The notes under the pieces are model-generated. The model was given only the letters and a program-made list of their open reading frames with translations, had not been told where the DNA came from and ran no database searches. From Eledone cirrhosa (lineage: Eukaryota): DNA of 64,000 bases. How positions within the stretch are numbered: the stretch's first letter is position 1; each line of letters opens with the position of its first letter. The stretch lies in NCBI GenBank assembly GCA_964016885.1, contig OZ024742.1, positions 252,402,001 to 252,466,000 on the forward strand, in the 5' to 3' direction. Shown here piece after piece: positions 1 to 14,246 of this stretch. The translations under genes were made by a program, and so were the position numbers.

Positions 1-749
1 CACTCTTTCTCTCTTTCTACTATTACTCCCTCCTCTATCACAGAAGTTCTTCATTATCCAGCTTCATATAACTGACTTTCAATGTCTCTGTCAATTCCAT
101 TTATCTCTCTTCCAACACACTCTTGCACTTATCACTCTGGTCCTTTTCTATTATTCTCCTTTTTAACTCTCCCCCCTCTCTCTCTTCTATTTCATTTTCT
201 GTCATATTGTTTCTATTCAATTTACTTGCCAACAACTATCATGTAAATTGCCTCTTGATCATGTTGCTATTCAGTCTCATCATCAACAACCATCATTTAG
301 CTGTCTGCTGCTCTACCTCTTTGCCCACTCTCTTTTTCTTTCTTTCATTACTCATTCTTTTATCACACTCATTCCTTTGTTTTCATCCTTTATTCTATCT
401 TCTATCACGTCCTCATTTCTATCACCCTTGACCCCTTCCATCACTTCATCTTGTTTCCACCGAGAAACAATAAAAAGTGCATATATATTACACACATACA
501 CCTACAAGTCTATGAATTATTTATTTTTTATAATCTCATGTTACACACACACACACATATATACACATGTATGCATGTTTATAGTGGTAACTATAAACAG
601 TTAAGTAGATTAACAATAGAAAGGGCAACCAAATGTTAAAATACTTATTTCAGGAAAAATGAAAATGTTAATATTTTCAAAATCATTCCATTTATGATAG
701 GAAAATAGATGTAAAAATTACACACGTACACACACTTATACATACACAC

Positions 750-789
<40 letters not shown>

Positions 790-2379
790 ATATATATAGA
801 GATAGAAAGATAGATAGATAAATACATGCATACATACATATGTACGTACATACATACATACATACATACACAAATACATATATATGTACGTAATACATAC
901 ATACATAAATACATGCTTACATACAACCATACATGTGTGCAATGTGTGTATTTATAAATATTTTTTTAAATACATAGCAAAAAAAAAAAAAAGAAAAGCA
1001 TTGTAAAATATAAAATCTTCCTATAACTCTTATACTATCATCAGCTTTAAATTGTGTATTTTGTGTCACTCCGCTGGACTTTAATATATAGTGGAAGTGA
1101 CTTGAGATTTCATTATTTAAGTATACCATTGATTCAATAATATTGATTTCTAACTTTGATACAAGGCCACACACTTGTGAGGAATGGGTGTAATCGATGA
1201 AATCAAACACAATAGATTACTGGTATTTCTATGTATTGACTAGCCATGGAAAGTCAGACATACTCCACAAAATATGGTCAGATATCACTCAATCTCTTCA
1301 TTGCTACCTCCACGACCCCATACTTGCTCTCCTGCCGGCAAATATGGTATATTGTTATTCATAATTTAGCATTAAAAAGCATGAAAAAATATATATTGCC
1401 ACGAAAAAAGCCATAAAAAATTGCAGAAGATATTTACGATTCCATGAATATGCAGTGTTTTCCACAAACAATAATTAGTTAGGTTCTATGGAAAATTCCG
1501 CAAATGCCAGAGCCACGAATGCCTGGGGTATACTGTATATATAAATATAATGGACATATATGTTTATGTGTGTATAGATATATAGAAACAGTTGATTTTT
1601 TTAATAACTGCCTTTATTCAGTACTCCTTGTAAATATTTCAATGTACCAACATTTTTAATGTGCTCTTTGGAGTTCCATTTTATATGATTAGCATTTCCT
1701 TGTGTCATTTCCATTGAATTTCAGTTGCTACGTTTAGACTTAAACAATTAATTTGCTTCATTTCTATGCAGGTGACATAAATTTGTTTGGTACAGATCAT
1801 AAAATGAAATTTATTTAACTCTTTAGCATTTACATTACTCTATATTTACTATTATATTTTCGCGGTAAAGGCTTTATCTTACATAAATAGGATGACCTCT
1901 TCTCTCAGCAAGCAACATGTAGTCTGACTCCTACCCCCCCATCCCCATCCTCCATGCTTTCATATTACATACCCCCAAACATCACTGCCTTCCCAGTCAG
2001 GCTGAGGATACAATAATAGAATACACTGAACCTGCTCTGTAAATTGATGGTGTTGGTGCAAAGACAAATTACACCCAATCTGCCATGTAATGTGGTAGTA
2101 CTGTTACCAGTAACTTTGTAAACTGGTTAATGTTAGGAAGAGTACCCAGCCATAGTAATTATGCCTTATTGGTCTAGCTGCAGAATGTGCCAACCTGTTT
2201 AACCCATGCAAGCATAGAAAATAAACATTGGACGATTTGAAGTAAAAACATAAAGACCTATACTAAATATACTTCTAAGTTGGTACTTTATTTACATCAA
2301 TTCTGGAAGGATGGTAGGCCAAACTTGACCTCTTCAATTGGATTTTAACTCAAACTGTAAAGGATAGTAACTAAATACT

Positions 2380-2680
2380 GAGTGTGCACCCAGGTCAGGC
2401 CCATACCTGCCAAGTCTTCTACAGCCCTCAACAATGTCTTGATGGGTTTTCCTTGTTTCTTTATGGCTCCTGCCCAAAGGAAGCCTTTACTGGTCTTTTT
2501 GGGATATGCATAGCATAAGGTCAAGCATCTGCTGAGCTGCAATTCTTAATGGCACCCCTATGACTCTACTAAGAGTTATAGGTTCATAAACATGACATAA
2601 GCATAGAGAAGTCAATCTAGTAATTGCAGGCATAGCCCTCAGTTCCAGAACAGTGCCTCTTTGGGAATGCCATAGTCACA
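2380..2680 (-). mobile_element. Old RTE-like C-terminal remnant
   Basis: KKQGKPIKTLLRAVEDLAGMGLTW resembles RTE C-termini. Confidence 0.4.
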
Positions 2681-4143
2681 AAGTTCTCTTTTATAAATTT
2701 AGCAATTTTGTTTTGAAAATAAAAGAAGTGTGGATTTTATTCCAACAATAATGTTCAATGGAAGGTACTTTGAGTCATAGAGAGAGGGCTAAGTAGAAAA
2801 AAAAACATCGAATTTAGAGAGAGAAGACAGTTAACCAGTGTTCGGGAGAGTAAGAGAAGAACTTCACAGTGTAGTGTCATTGAAAATACACCAAAGATAA
2901 TGTTTAAAAATGATGAAAATTTAAACAACAATGGCAAAAGCTTTAACAACAACAGCAATCACAACAACAACACTTTAATTACACTTGAAATTGTGACAAA
3001 GATTGTAACAGAATACATAGGCCTACAAATCAGTGGTGGTGGGCTGGAGGGTGGGTGAAGCAAAAAGAAAACTATTCAAGCAGAGAAGGCCAAAAAACTA
3101 ACTATGATGACAAATATTTTTAAAAAGGAAAAGGAGCTGATCATCAGATTGGAACAATGAAACAATGTTTTAATTTCTTTTTCTATTGCTGATATTTTCT
3201 GCAAGTATTTGGAGTATATTGTTAAGGAAACTTATAACTGGTTTTCAAAGTCAATCGATTTTATGTTTTTTTAAATCTATTTTAAATATTTTAGCAACAA
3301 TATTTGCCACCTAACCAATGTTCAATCTATATTAAATTTTTTTTATCTTCATGCATTTTTAGTGTCTTTTAGTCAAATATTGGTGCTTTTGACCCTAATT
3401 CATCATGTTTACCCTTGAAAAATTTGGCAACACAGGTAATATTATCCAATTCAAAGCTATGATGAAAGGGCAGTTTCCCCTCATCTCTCTCAGAAGCATC
3501 TTCAATCATTTTTCTTCCTCTTTTATGCCACAAAACATTCTGTGTATGTGTGTGTGCCTCTCTTTCTTTCTGTCTCTCCTTCATTGTTTCATACTGTGTC
3601 TTTCTATTAACTCCAACACTGTCTCATATTAGCTGTCTTCTGGTGGCTGTTTGTGCATCTGATTGTGTGTGTGTGTGGGGGGGGGGCATGCGCACATGCA
3701 TGTATGTGTGTGTGTATGTGTGTGTGTGTGTATGTGTGTGTGTGTGTGTTTGTGTGTGCATTTGTGTATGAGTGTGTGTGTGTTGCATCATCATCATCAT
3801 TTTACGTCCGCTTTTCCTACAAGGGTGGAGGGAATCAAAATAAGTTTAAGTGACAGATAATATATTTATGTTATGTACGAGGGGATAAAATATGTCTGTC
3901 AGTCAGTTTGTTCATTAGAGAGCTACCTATTGAAAACAATAGGTATTACATTTTATAGTGGTACACTGTTCTTAAAACATCTCAAGCTGCTATTTTCAAC
4001 TTTGGTCAAATTACTAAATCACAAAGAATTCATTGAATATGTCATATTAATATCAGTAGTGTAGCTAAAATGTATGCCAATCAGGTCAGCTCTTGAGTTT
4101 GTTGCCTCCCATTCTCCATTAACCATATACTTAAATATATATG

Positions 4144-4488
4144 GAGGCACATGGCTTAGTGGTTAGAGCATTGGCCTTGCAATCGAAAGATTGTGAGTTC
4201 AATTCTCAGACCGGGTGATGTGTTGTTTCCTTGAGCAAGACACTTTATTTCACATTGCTCCAGTTTACTCAGCTGTAGAAATGAGATGATAGGGACAGGG
4301 GCCCCTATCATTCCACTGCAAAGTGGTCGTGGAGGTGCCATGGCAAAAAAATCACCCACCACTCACTGTAAATGAGGTTGGTGTTAGGAAGGGCATCCAG
4401 CTGTAGAAATCAAGCCAAAATCAGTTCCCGTCCCACCCTTGCAAGCAGGGAAAAAGCGGACGTAAAATGAAATGAATGATGATGATGA
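4144..4488 (+). mobile_element. tRNA-derived SINE, family 2 (RTE-type tail, (ATG)n end)
   Basis: A-box TGGCTTAGTGG and B-box GAGTTCAATTC. 3' end matches the RTE 3' end at ~41680-41722. Other copies at 25724-26098 and 49631-49900. Confidence 0.85.
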
Positions 4489-5820
4489 TATATAACAGAC
4501 TCAAAAGTGCCTCCTTCATAAGATTGTCGCCTGAAGTGGTAGACCGCCCTTATCACCCCAGCACCTAGCTATGCTACTTCGTTATATAATATTATTATAT
4601 AGCTTAATCAATGTTATATATCGATTAAAAGAATAATTAGAGCATGACGTGTCAGAGATGGTAACAGACTAGATGTAAATTCTTCCCTGCTCTATTCAAT
4701 TTTGCTCTGCTGTGCTCTGGGTTCAAATGCCAATGTGAATGACTTGACATTTCATCCCTTCAAAGATAATGAAATAATGATTTTTTTTAAAACAAAAGTG
4801 TTGTTGTTTTCTTGAAACATTGTGTAAAGTGCAGAAAATGATGTTTTATTAGAAGGCTGTGAAATAGACATTGATTGTTAAAAATATGATGACAACAAAA
4901 ATGTTGGGATGTTATCTTGCAGTTGTTTATTGGTCCTTATATTTCAGGATAAAATAAATCTTTTTACATCAACAGTATATTTGAGAAAACTAATTCAGAG
5001 CTGTATATCTTTTGTCACACTTAACCCTTTAGTATATACATTACTCTATATATACTATTGTATTTTTGTGATAAAGGCTTTGTCTTATATAATTATCCCA
5101 CATAATATCGAATCTATGAGATTTTGATATTATTTATTTTGAGAACAATACCTCAACATCAGTATGAGCGGCCAGTTACAGCTGGTTTGAAACGAAGAAG
5201 GTTAGAGAATTCTGGCCAGATACAGCTGGTTTAAATTTGAAAGTGGTGGATTTTCTTTTTTCACAACTGAAAATTGTGAATAGCTCACATGAAATCTGAT
5301 TTAAGCTATGGTTGAATCTATAATGATTTATTTCTATTAGCTACAACTTAAAGATAGAAATACAGTAAACATCATAAACATAGCGTTACAGTACATGTGA
5401 GGCTGGACAAAGTTTTATAAAAACAAGGGTAGGGGCAATGACATTATATAATAGACAGATTCATTTGATAAAACATGAAATAAGTATGAAATAATTATAA
5501 AATAAAAACATTTTGGTTACCCACTCACACACAGAGGGGAACCCGCTAGTTAAGTCTAGTCAGAACAACCAGCATATTGTGGCAGTTGTTCTGAAATAGC
5601 AGTATACACCTTGTAGTTAGTTGTTTTATGATATGTACTGAGCAGGTGGTGCAATAACGTCAAGGTAAAATACTATGGAATAAAGGTAAATGACATCCCA
5701 CCATTACATAATCTTAATATTGGTGTCAATAAAATGTACTCAGTACAGCACACGATCATATGTAAGTGAGATGTTGGTTCCTGGCCCCTCTGAAAGGTCA
5801 GTAGCTCTACTTGAGTACTG

Positions 5821-5880
5821 CATATGTTGACACGGATCTTCCGCATCCTAGTTCGCGCGGTACCCCCCCTCAACGTCTCC
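5821..5880 (-). mobile_element. ~60-bp internal fragment of the Tx1 RT region
   Basis: Near-identical to 8180-8240 and to the reverse complement of ~33644-33703. Confidence 0.85.
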
Positions 5881-6245
5881 AATAATAATAATTGTTTCCA
5901 CTTTTGGCACAAGGCCAGCAATTACCCAGTGTATTACTGGTACTTTATTGTATCGACCCCGTAAGGATGAAAGGCAAAGTTAACCTCGGCGGGATTTGAA
6001 CTCAGAATGGCAAGGGCCGTAACTCTATGCATCAAAGCATATCCAATAATAATAATTGTTTCTACTTTTGGCACAAGGCCAGCAATTATACCAGTGTATT
6101 ACTGGTACTTTATTTTATCGACCCCGTAAGGATGAAAGGCAAAGTTAACCTCGGCGGGATTTGAACTCAGAATGGCAAGGGCCGTAACTCTATGTGTCAA
6201 AGCATGGCGTCCGACCCTCTACCGATACTGCCAATTCACCGCCCT
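5881..6245 (-). mobile_element. Two tandem copies of tRNA-derived SINE family 1 ((ATT)n tail)
   Basis: B-box GAGTTCAAATCCCGCC, body TTTGCCTTTCATCCTTACGGGGTCGAT, tail AGTAGAAACAATTATTATT. The first copy is 5'-truncated. Confidence 0.85.
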
Positions 6246-6351
6246 ATCCAATAATAATAATATGTCCTGAATATCTGAGGTTGCAGGTAGCGGCTTGATA
6301 TTCATTTCAATAAACCTTCCAGTTAAATAACGTCAATGACTGAGACTGAAA

Positions 6352-6384
<33 letters not shown>

Positions 6385-6815
6385 TAATAATAATTCTCAA
6401 GATCAGCAAATATGAGCTACAGAAGATCGGGCTACTAGGAAGAGTACACATTCTCAGGTTAGTTCAATCTCTACAATGAAAACATATATTGCCCTAGATT
6501 CAAGGCCTGAACCCAGCAATAGAGAAACGGAACTAAGCTAAACAGACTAGCACAACAATAATAATAATAATGTTTTCTTTATTAACCACAAGGGTTCACA
6601 TAAAGTAGACATTAAGGACAGTACAGGACAATACAGGACGGTACAAATGGGCATTTCTGCGTGTAAAAAAACAGAGGTTGAAATAAAATAACAAAGAAAA
6701 ATTCCCCAATAGGGGGGGAGACTTCCGAGGGACATCTGTGGAGAAAGCCCATTAAAAGACCACAGTGGCCCTGACCACCAGGGCAAGTGCCCTCTCCCAG
6801 TTTTCCACCTTTAAT

Positions 6816-9800
6816 TTACAGACACATACTCAGAGAAGGCCCATTCATTCGGGCCATACTTGCTTCTCTCACCCATCTTTCAACAAAATGCTGGGAAGAG
6901 AGCACTTCCCTCTCTACCCTGATTTTCCTTTTCAAATGAAATTTGAAAAAGTTAATCAGAGCATCACCGAAGAGGTAAGTGCTCGTCTTCAGCCCTTTCA
7001 AACGTGTCCACCATACTATCTCTTTCGCCATGGCCACCAGACAGATAAAAACTGCCTGCCCTTCCCGGCTAAAGGAAGGGGGCGGGGCAATCCTCACGAT
7101 GGACTCAGCTGATAGCTGGATCCGTCCTACACGTGACAGTAGGTGTTCGACATAAACCCACAAGTCAGCAATGCTCGGACACTGGACGAGTGCGTGCAGG
7201 ACGGTTTCGTCGCCCTGCACGCATCTCGGACATGCCCGGCTGACGGCACCTCCATGCCTGTAGAGTTTATCCCGAACTGGCAAAGCTCCTCGGTAGCACT
7301 GCCAGGCCAGGGATTTCTGGAAGTTGTCCATAGGCCCCGGCCCGAAAGTCCTTCCGAAGAGATTGGCTAGTTGATTTTCGTCGACGCCTAGAGTTTCTCC
7401 AAGTACGTCGTCGCTCTTCCCCTCCACTAATCCCATATAGAACGCCAAGGTGGAGTTTCCACCGATCACATTGCCCGATTGGTCGAGGGCTGTGAGCGCC
7501 TGAAGACATTCCAGTCTCCAAGCGCTCCCTTTTGGTCTTCGCTTGACCCAGGACTGCAGCTCCGCCAAGGAGACGAGCTGGGGAAAAACGTGTCTAGCAA
7601 ACGGCGACCACACCTGATCACCGTCGAGGAAGAGGTGGAGATGTCGTAGCCTGAGCGCGTGTCTGCGCATCATCAGCCACGGCATGCCCAGCCCTCCACG
7701 TAGCGGGTGTTGACAGCAGATGGACCGCCTGACCATCGGAGCGCGTCCCTTCCACAAGAAGCGAAAGAGCAAACGCTCCAGCGCAGTCAGGCGGGGCTTA
7801 GGACAAGGTACGACGGTCAGGCGGTAGTAGATGACGGATGCGATGTACGCGTTCGCCACCTCCGCTCGACCTTTCAGGGATAGCTTCCTCTCCGCCCATT
7901 TCTGGATGAGAGAAGCCACCCTGCTCGTCACCTCGTCCCAGTTTTTGTCCGTCTGGAGGTCTGGACCGAACCAGACCCCTAGCAATTTAACCGGTCCGTC
8001 CGTCCAGCGCCCGACGACGCTGTTGGACGGCATGGACCTGCCTCTCCAGGTGCCGAGCTGCAGGCCCACTGACTTTTCCTGGTTGATCATTGCTCCTGTC
8101 ACCGCTTCGTATTCTCTTAGTGTAGTGCCGATCGCCTCGATGTGTTTGGCGTTCGACACCACTACGGTGACATCGTCGGCATATGCTGACACGGATCTTC
8201 CGCATCCTAGTTCGCGCGGGACCCCCCTCAACGTCACCAGTTTGTGCAGTAATGGCTCGAGAGTCAATACGTACAATAGGGACGAGAGGGGACATCCTTG
8301 GCGGACCGAGCGCATGATGTTGAACGGTTCCGAAAGATGACCGTTCACTCTCACTACAGAGTAGATGTCGCTGTGCATGGCAGCGATCCAGCCTCTGAAG
8401 ACGGGCCCAAAGCCAGCCGCCCTCAGGACTGCCGCTAGGTAACGATGGTCGACCCTATCGAAGGCTTTCGACTGATCTAAATTGATCAAAGACCCACCCG
8501 TGCCAGGTTCCCTAGCTACCCTCTCTACGATGTATCGCATGAGGTGGAGGTTGTCGTGGATGGATCTGTCGGGAATGGCGCATGTCTGTGCCTCTCCCAC
8601 CAGACGACCAACGACAAGCGCCAACCTCTTTGCTAGCACCTTGGCCAAAATCTTGAACTCTGTGTTTAGCAGAGTTATGGGCCTAAAATTATCTATGTTA
8701 TCCCCCTTGTTCGGATCCTTTCTCAGCAGCGCCACCGCTCCTCGGCTCACAGAGCTGGGAATTCTCCCGTTCTGTTGCCAGTTGCAGTAGACGTCCGCCA
8801 AGAGATCTCCGAACAAGTTTGGCATTTGTACGTAAAGTTCATAGGGCAGACCATCCAAACCAGGCGATTTACCCCTTGTGCAACTAGTCATTGCATCCCG
8901 TACTTCAGCGGTTGTTATCGGCTTTTCGCAACACTCCGCCTCAGTGGCCGAAAGCCGCGGCAGTCCGTCGAGGTAGACACTAAAGTCCATCCCTCGATCC
9001 GGCCCGCCACTGCCCCCGAACAGTTGAGCGAAGTGTCGCTGAAAAGCTTCACACATTTGCCCGGGATCGAGTAGCATGCGCCCGTCGTGGTCCACCAAAG
9101 ACCGGATCGTGGCTTTGTTGCCACGACGCGCCTCCGCCACTCGGGCCCATTGAACGGCTTTCGTCCCCTCGTGTCTGAGAGCACGCACCCTAGCTCTGAC
9201 AACGCAGCCTTCGTGCTTTGCATTGAAGAATTGGTCAAGGGCCAATTTCGCCGCAAGTACGTCGGTCGCGATGCCTTTGCTAAGCGCCTCATCTAATTTT
9301 CTAACTAATTCTCCCTCTGCTCTATTTTTCTCTATTGCTAAAGTCTTACTAAACCTAATGGACTCTATTCTAATTGCTCTTTTCAGAGCAAACCACCACT
9401 TGTTGTTGACGATGGCCCCCGTCAACGCCCGCTTAACTAGTTCGCTAATCCGGTCTCTGTAGGCCTTGCGCGCTGGTAAGGACGCGTTTAGCTTCCAGTA
9501 GCCGGGTCCTCGTCTATGAAGCCTATCTAAGTCAAGCACACAGATCACGAATTTGTGGTCCGTGTAGCTGACTATCTTGAATTGTGGACAGCCTATGCTA
9601 GACCTATCTATTTCCCTACAAAATACTCTATCTAGATATGATCTGGATCATCCTATGCGATTTGTCCAAGTCCACATTGGTACATTCGGGAAATCCATTC
9701 GGTACCTGTCAGACAGTTCAAAACGTCTGAGCAGGTTGGTGAGACTCTTGCACCCTCCTTCCCTATCCACTAATCCCACACAATCCCAGCGTGCATCTAA

Positions 9801-10235
9801 GATCCCGTTCCAGTCGCCCACTAACACTAAAGAGCGGGACGTTCCAAGAAAGGTCTCCAGACGCCGGAAGAAATCAGGCCGCCCTGCTCCTGTCGGGGCA
9901 TAGACGGCCACTAACCTGAAAGCTTGCCCGTCTCCGCTGGTCACGTCCAGCACCACCAACTTACCTTCTGGGTCCAGGAAGATGGCCCGTATGGCAAGAT
10001 CCAAACCTCTCCGAAAAAGCACAGCAACTCCTCCCCCCGATCCCGGACGGCTGGGAGATGCGTACACATCGTAGCCGCCGAAGATCGGTGCGAAAGCCTG
10101 TGCTTCGGAGATTCTGGTCTCGCTGATGGCCACTACATCTATGTTTAGTGACCTGAGGTCGTTGAGCAGGTGGCCCTGCTTCCATGACGACCCCAAGCCA
10201 CGCGCATTTATGCTGCCTATTCTGAGTGAGGTCAT
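6816..10235 (-). pseudogene. ORF2 (APE endonuclease + reverse transcriptase) of Tx1 copy A, one in-frame stop
   Basis: ORFs 9648-10235 (SINARGL, ISET, GDWN) and 6816-9548 are in the same frame. TGA at 9648-9650 corresponds to TCA (Ser) in copy B. Confidence 0.92.
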
Positions 10236-10269
10236 GTTGAAAAGGAGTGGAAAAGATGGGAAAGACCAC

Positions 10270-12295
10270 TTACCTTACTTCTCGTAGGGGAAGGACGGTT
10301 TTTCCATCCTTTTCACTGCGTGTGGCCTCCTCAGGAAGGATGTCCTTATAAATCCTCCTGGAGAGTGCTTGTCGGAAGTCTCCGATGTCTTTGGGGAATT
10401 TTTGTTTTAGTGTCATGTACGTTTTCTGTGTGATGCGAGTGATTTGTATGTGTGGAGGTGGTGTGAATTTTGGGGTTGTTGTGTAGTCTTTTTCTGTGAT
10501 GCTGGTGTTGTGTTGGATGTAGTGTAATAATTGCTTGTTGTTCAAATTTAATGCTGTGTAGTGTGTATCGTTTTAGTTGTTTTGTTTTGTTTGCGTTTGT
10601 TGTGGGTTTGTTTCTGTTTCGCATTTTGGTGACTTTTGTGGTGTAGGTGATGGTGGTGTTGGAGTTAATGATGGTGATGGTGTTGGTGTTTGGGTTGATG
10701 GGGTTGGTGATGCTGGTGTGGATGGTGGCATATCTGTCCTAACTTTTTTGTTTCTTAGTTTATTTGTTTCCCTCTGTATTTTGTTTTTGGAGGGGGAAGG
10801 AAGAGAATTTTTTCTTTTTTGGTTTCTTTTTTTTTTTCCGGATATCGTTTCCCACTCCTCGTCGTCACAATCTGTCTCCAGTTGTGATAGGCCGGGGAGT
10901 GGAAAATCCTCCACAGCCGTTAGTTTTGGTTGTGGTGTGGTGGATGGTGTAGGCGCTGGTGCTAGTTCTGAAGCGTTGGGTGGTGGTGGTGTTGGTTTTG
11001 CTGGTGGTGGTAGTGGTGTTGGTTTTGCTTCTGTTGCTGGGGTTGTTGCTGTTATAGTTGCTTCTGTTGTTGCTCTTATAGTTGCTTCTGTTGTTGCTGC
11101 TACAGTTGTTGCTGGCATCTCTGCTACTGGTGGTGTTGATGGTTGTGTCACTGGAGTGGGTAGGAGAGGTGGCCTCAACCTTTTAGCCTGAGGGCAGAAA
11201 GCCCTTAGGTGGGTTCCTTCACCACAAACGACACACCTAGGTCTTCTGCCCTCGACAATTACCGTGAGGTGGCTGCCGTCAGTGAGGTCTATTACCTCTG
11301 GGATCTCCTCAATGCTTTTTTGGTCCGCTTGGATCAGGAGCTCCATCCCAGATCCGGACCAGTTTTCCTGCTTTTCTTTTGCTACTGCTATTATTTTCGT
11401 GTTAGCTTCGATGCCGGCGAGGACGGCCGCTATTAGCCAGGGAATTTCGATGACCGGTGGAACGTGCGTCACCCTGATCTTTACGAGTCTCTGGCCACAA
11501 TAGCTTGGGACGAGTGTGAAGTCGTCACTTTTTAATGGGGCCATGGAGTGTTCTCTAGCCTCCTCTGGTGTTTCAAAGAACACGTCCACGGTTCCATACT
11601 TTTGCCCACGTCTGATGTGGGTTTTTCTTGCCCACACACGTCCCAAAGCTTTTTGGATTTGGGACTCGGATGCCCGTTCCACTCGGCGCGATTTTACATT
11701 TATTGTTCTATACGACACGGTGCATAGGCGCCGATGCTCCATTTTATTAGGTGGGGGTGAGGGGGGGGGGGGGTGAGGCTGACCCTGTACCCATCATTCT
11801 TTACCATTTGTTTGGCATTTTCTAAATCTTCTTGAGTTACCGTGAACGCTTCAAATTGTTTTGCTACGATGGCGAAACTGAGGGTCGGTTTTATAATGTC
11901 ATTGTTGTTGTTGTTGCTATCGTTAATATTAATTTTATTTTCAGTTGTGGTGGTGGTGACGTCAGTCGTCTTTGGTGGGGAAGAGTCCATTTTGCTTGAT
12001 TTCATTTCGACGTCACGAGTTAATTTATTTTTTCTTCTTTTGTTTCTGTTGTCGCGGTGGTGGTGGTGGTGGTGGTGGTTGTCGCGGTGGTGGTGGTGGT
12101 GGAGGGTTTAACACCTGCAGTCATTGGTAATGGCGGGAAATGAATGTCTGCCTGAGACAAATTTAAAATATTTCTACTGCTTATATTTTTTTTTGTGTTG
12201 GCAAACGTAGTAACATTTACAATGGTGGTGTCGGTGTGAGGTGTTATTTTGTGAGGAAGGCTTTCAGCTGCTTCGTGCAGAGGGGAATTAGCCAT
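10270..12295 (-). pseudogene. ORF1 region (gag-like, zinc knuckle CVVCGEGTHLRAFC, Pro/Thr-rich) of Tx1 copy A
   Basis: Segments 12020-12295, 11700-12005, 10573-11742 and 10270-10545. TAA at 10573-10575 corresponds to CAA in copy B. Two frame breaks at A- and C-runs. Confidence 0.8.
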
Positions 12296-12799
12296 TTTTT
12301 TTCAAAGAAATTTTTGGATAATAATAAAAGTTAAAATTTTGGGCACAAGGCCCCAATCTTTTTGGGTGTCCTTTTCGGAAAACAATGTATGTGTGCTTAT
12401 AAACAGTTTACAATAAAATTTTCCATAAATGGCAATTTTTAAACAAACGGAAATAACAAACCTTTGCGGAGCTCACGATAATACGATTTCCTACGTAGGT
12501 CGCCAATAATAATAATAATAATAATAATATTCAATTCATTTGAAAGCAAACAGCCTCATAATGCTATGACCATCATCATCTTTTGTTCTAGCAGTGGCAA
12601 AGGGAAACTATTGACAATGTTGTTTCAGGGTTACTGCCCTTCGTCAAGATTGTGTATCCTTTCCTGCTACACACTAGAACTCTTGAAAATATAGGATATT
12701 TTCTGAAGTATACACCAGCTGATTAGACTTATTTGCATACCGACCGATTTTACAGCTGGCTTTGCCAAAAATTGAAAACAAAAAACTCACAAATACATT

Positions 12800-13870
12800 T
12801 ATCTATCCACCTATGTAAGAGCAAAAACTTCAGCTTCCACCATGACACATACAGGCAAATAGGCCTATCCGGCCTGCTTACCATTACTTATATAAACCAT
12901 CTAGAATGTTGAGCACTCAACACCTGCCACTCCTGTGCATTCCTCACCCGATATATAGATGACATATACATCCTGACACTATCCCATGAAAAAGCAGACA
13001 GGATATACACGACATTCTCCAGCATAGATAAAAACATAAGATTCAGCATGGAACACCCCAATGACACTGGATCCCTTTCTCTGCCCAACATCCAACTCAG
13101 GATAATGAAAGGCAGTGGCAACCACACCAACTTCTACAGAAAAGCCACCAGCAGAGACCGGTTTCTTCATTATAGATTGACCCTCCTGCTTAGTGCCAAG
13201 TCCGGATACATAAGGAATTAACTTACATGTATCCGGAGTAAATGCAACAAGAAGAGGGGCTGAGACATGCACACCATACACTTCGTGGAAGTACTGAAGA
13301 TAAACAGGTACCCGACATCCACTATGAACTGCGTGAGAAACAGGAAACATAGCAACCGAAAGACGACCTCCGCCAACACCTGCTTGCTGATGTTGCCACA
13401 CTTCAGTGATGATACAACCATGGCAACCCACAAAACCATCTGAAGAGAAGGGCTAGATCTACAACAAGCCCACTGCAGGCTTTTGCTACGCAGACAACTA
13501 TCCAGGAGATGACCCAAAGACCACAACAAATATTTCACGCTAGCTAACTACCCACCTCAGTGACACAGACATGTGGCCGCAGCTATATGTCATGTACTGA
13601 ATCCAGTGCAAAAAATAACTTTTATATAGGCACTACAACTTGACAATTACACATTAGAATTAAAGAACACTTCAATACTTTCTCATTCAAAGAACACATA
13701 GAGAACTATAAAAACACAAATATAACAATATAGACAAAAATATAGCAATTACGATAGAAGACAGAGACAGAAATATAGGGAATCTAAGAATAAAAGAAGA
13801 GATGATCATAGCCAAAGCACAACCGCGAATCAATAATAGACCAGAATTAGGCATGCAATACTTAATATAG
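12800..13870 (+). mobile_element. Degenerate Penelope-like element (RT C-terminal half + GIY-YIG)
   Basis: Manual translation gives RYIDDIYIL, NIRFSMEH, FYRKP and FYIGTT..LHIRIKEH, with stops and frameshifts. Confidence 0.7.
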
Positions 13871-14009
13871 AAGACTACACACACACCCACAAGACTTTAT
13901 ATAAGAGGGTACGCATATGTATGTGTCTGTATTTGTGCGTGTATGTGCGTGCTTATGTATATAAGTGTATGTATACATATATGTGTGTGTGGGTGTGCAT
14001 GTGTATATG

Positions 14010-14044
<35 letters not shown>

Positions 14045-14246
14045 ACGTGTATGCACACATAGATAACATGAGAAAGGATTTCTGTGCCCTAGAATACTAA
14101 GATACATACCTCTCAGGGTCTTTATCTATGAGAACGTATGTATGAGCATATATATGTTTGTATGGGTATGTGTAGTCAAATAAGGAATTACAATTTTAAA
14201 GCATATCTTCCAATCCGGCCTTCTATTGTTGTTTTATATATATATA

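Larger units (their letters stand above)
6572..12504 (-). mobile_element. Full-length Tx1/L1-clade non-LTR retrotransposon, copy A
   Basis: ORF1 with a CCHC knuckle, then ORF2 with APE endonuclease, RT (QGCPLS, YADD) and a C-terminal CxxC..H...C. 3' end reads AATAAAGAAAAC+(ATT)n and the 5' end abuts (ATT)n. Near-identical to 29447-35311. Confidence 0.95.

Noticed and set aside
2758-3058. Coding-looking purine-rich stretch
   Set aside because: In-frame stop, no recognisable homology and no clear splice sites.
4144-4215. tRNA gene
   Set aside because: It is a SINE head: it continues into a repeated body and tail, and has no intact cloverleaf.
7143-11776. Antisense and alternative-frame ORFs within Tx1 copy A (mirrored in copy B)
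   Set aside because: Shadow ORFs of GC-rich coding sequence. They are shared only because the copies are nearly identical.
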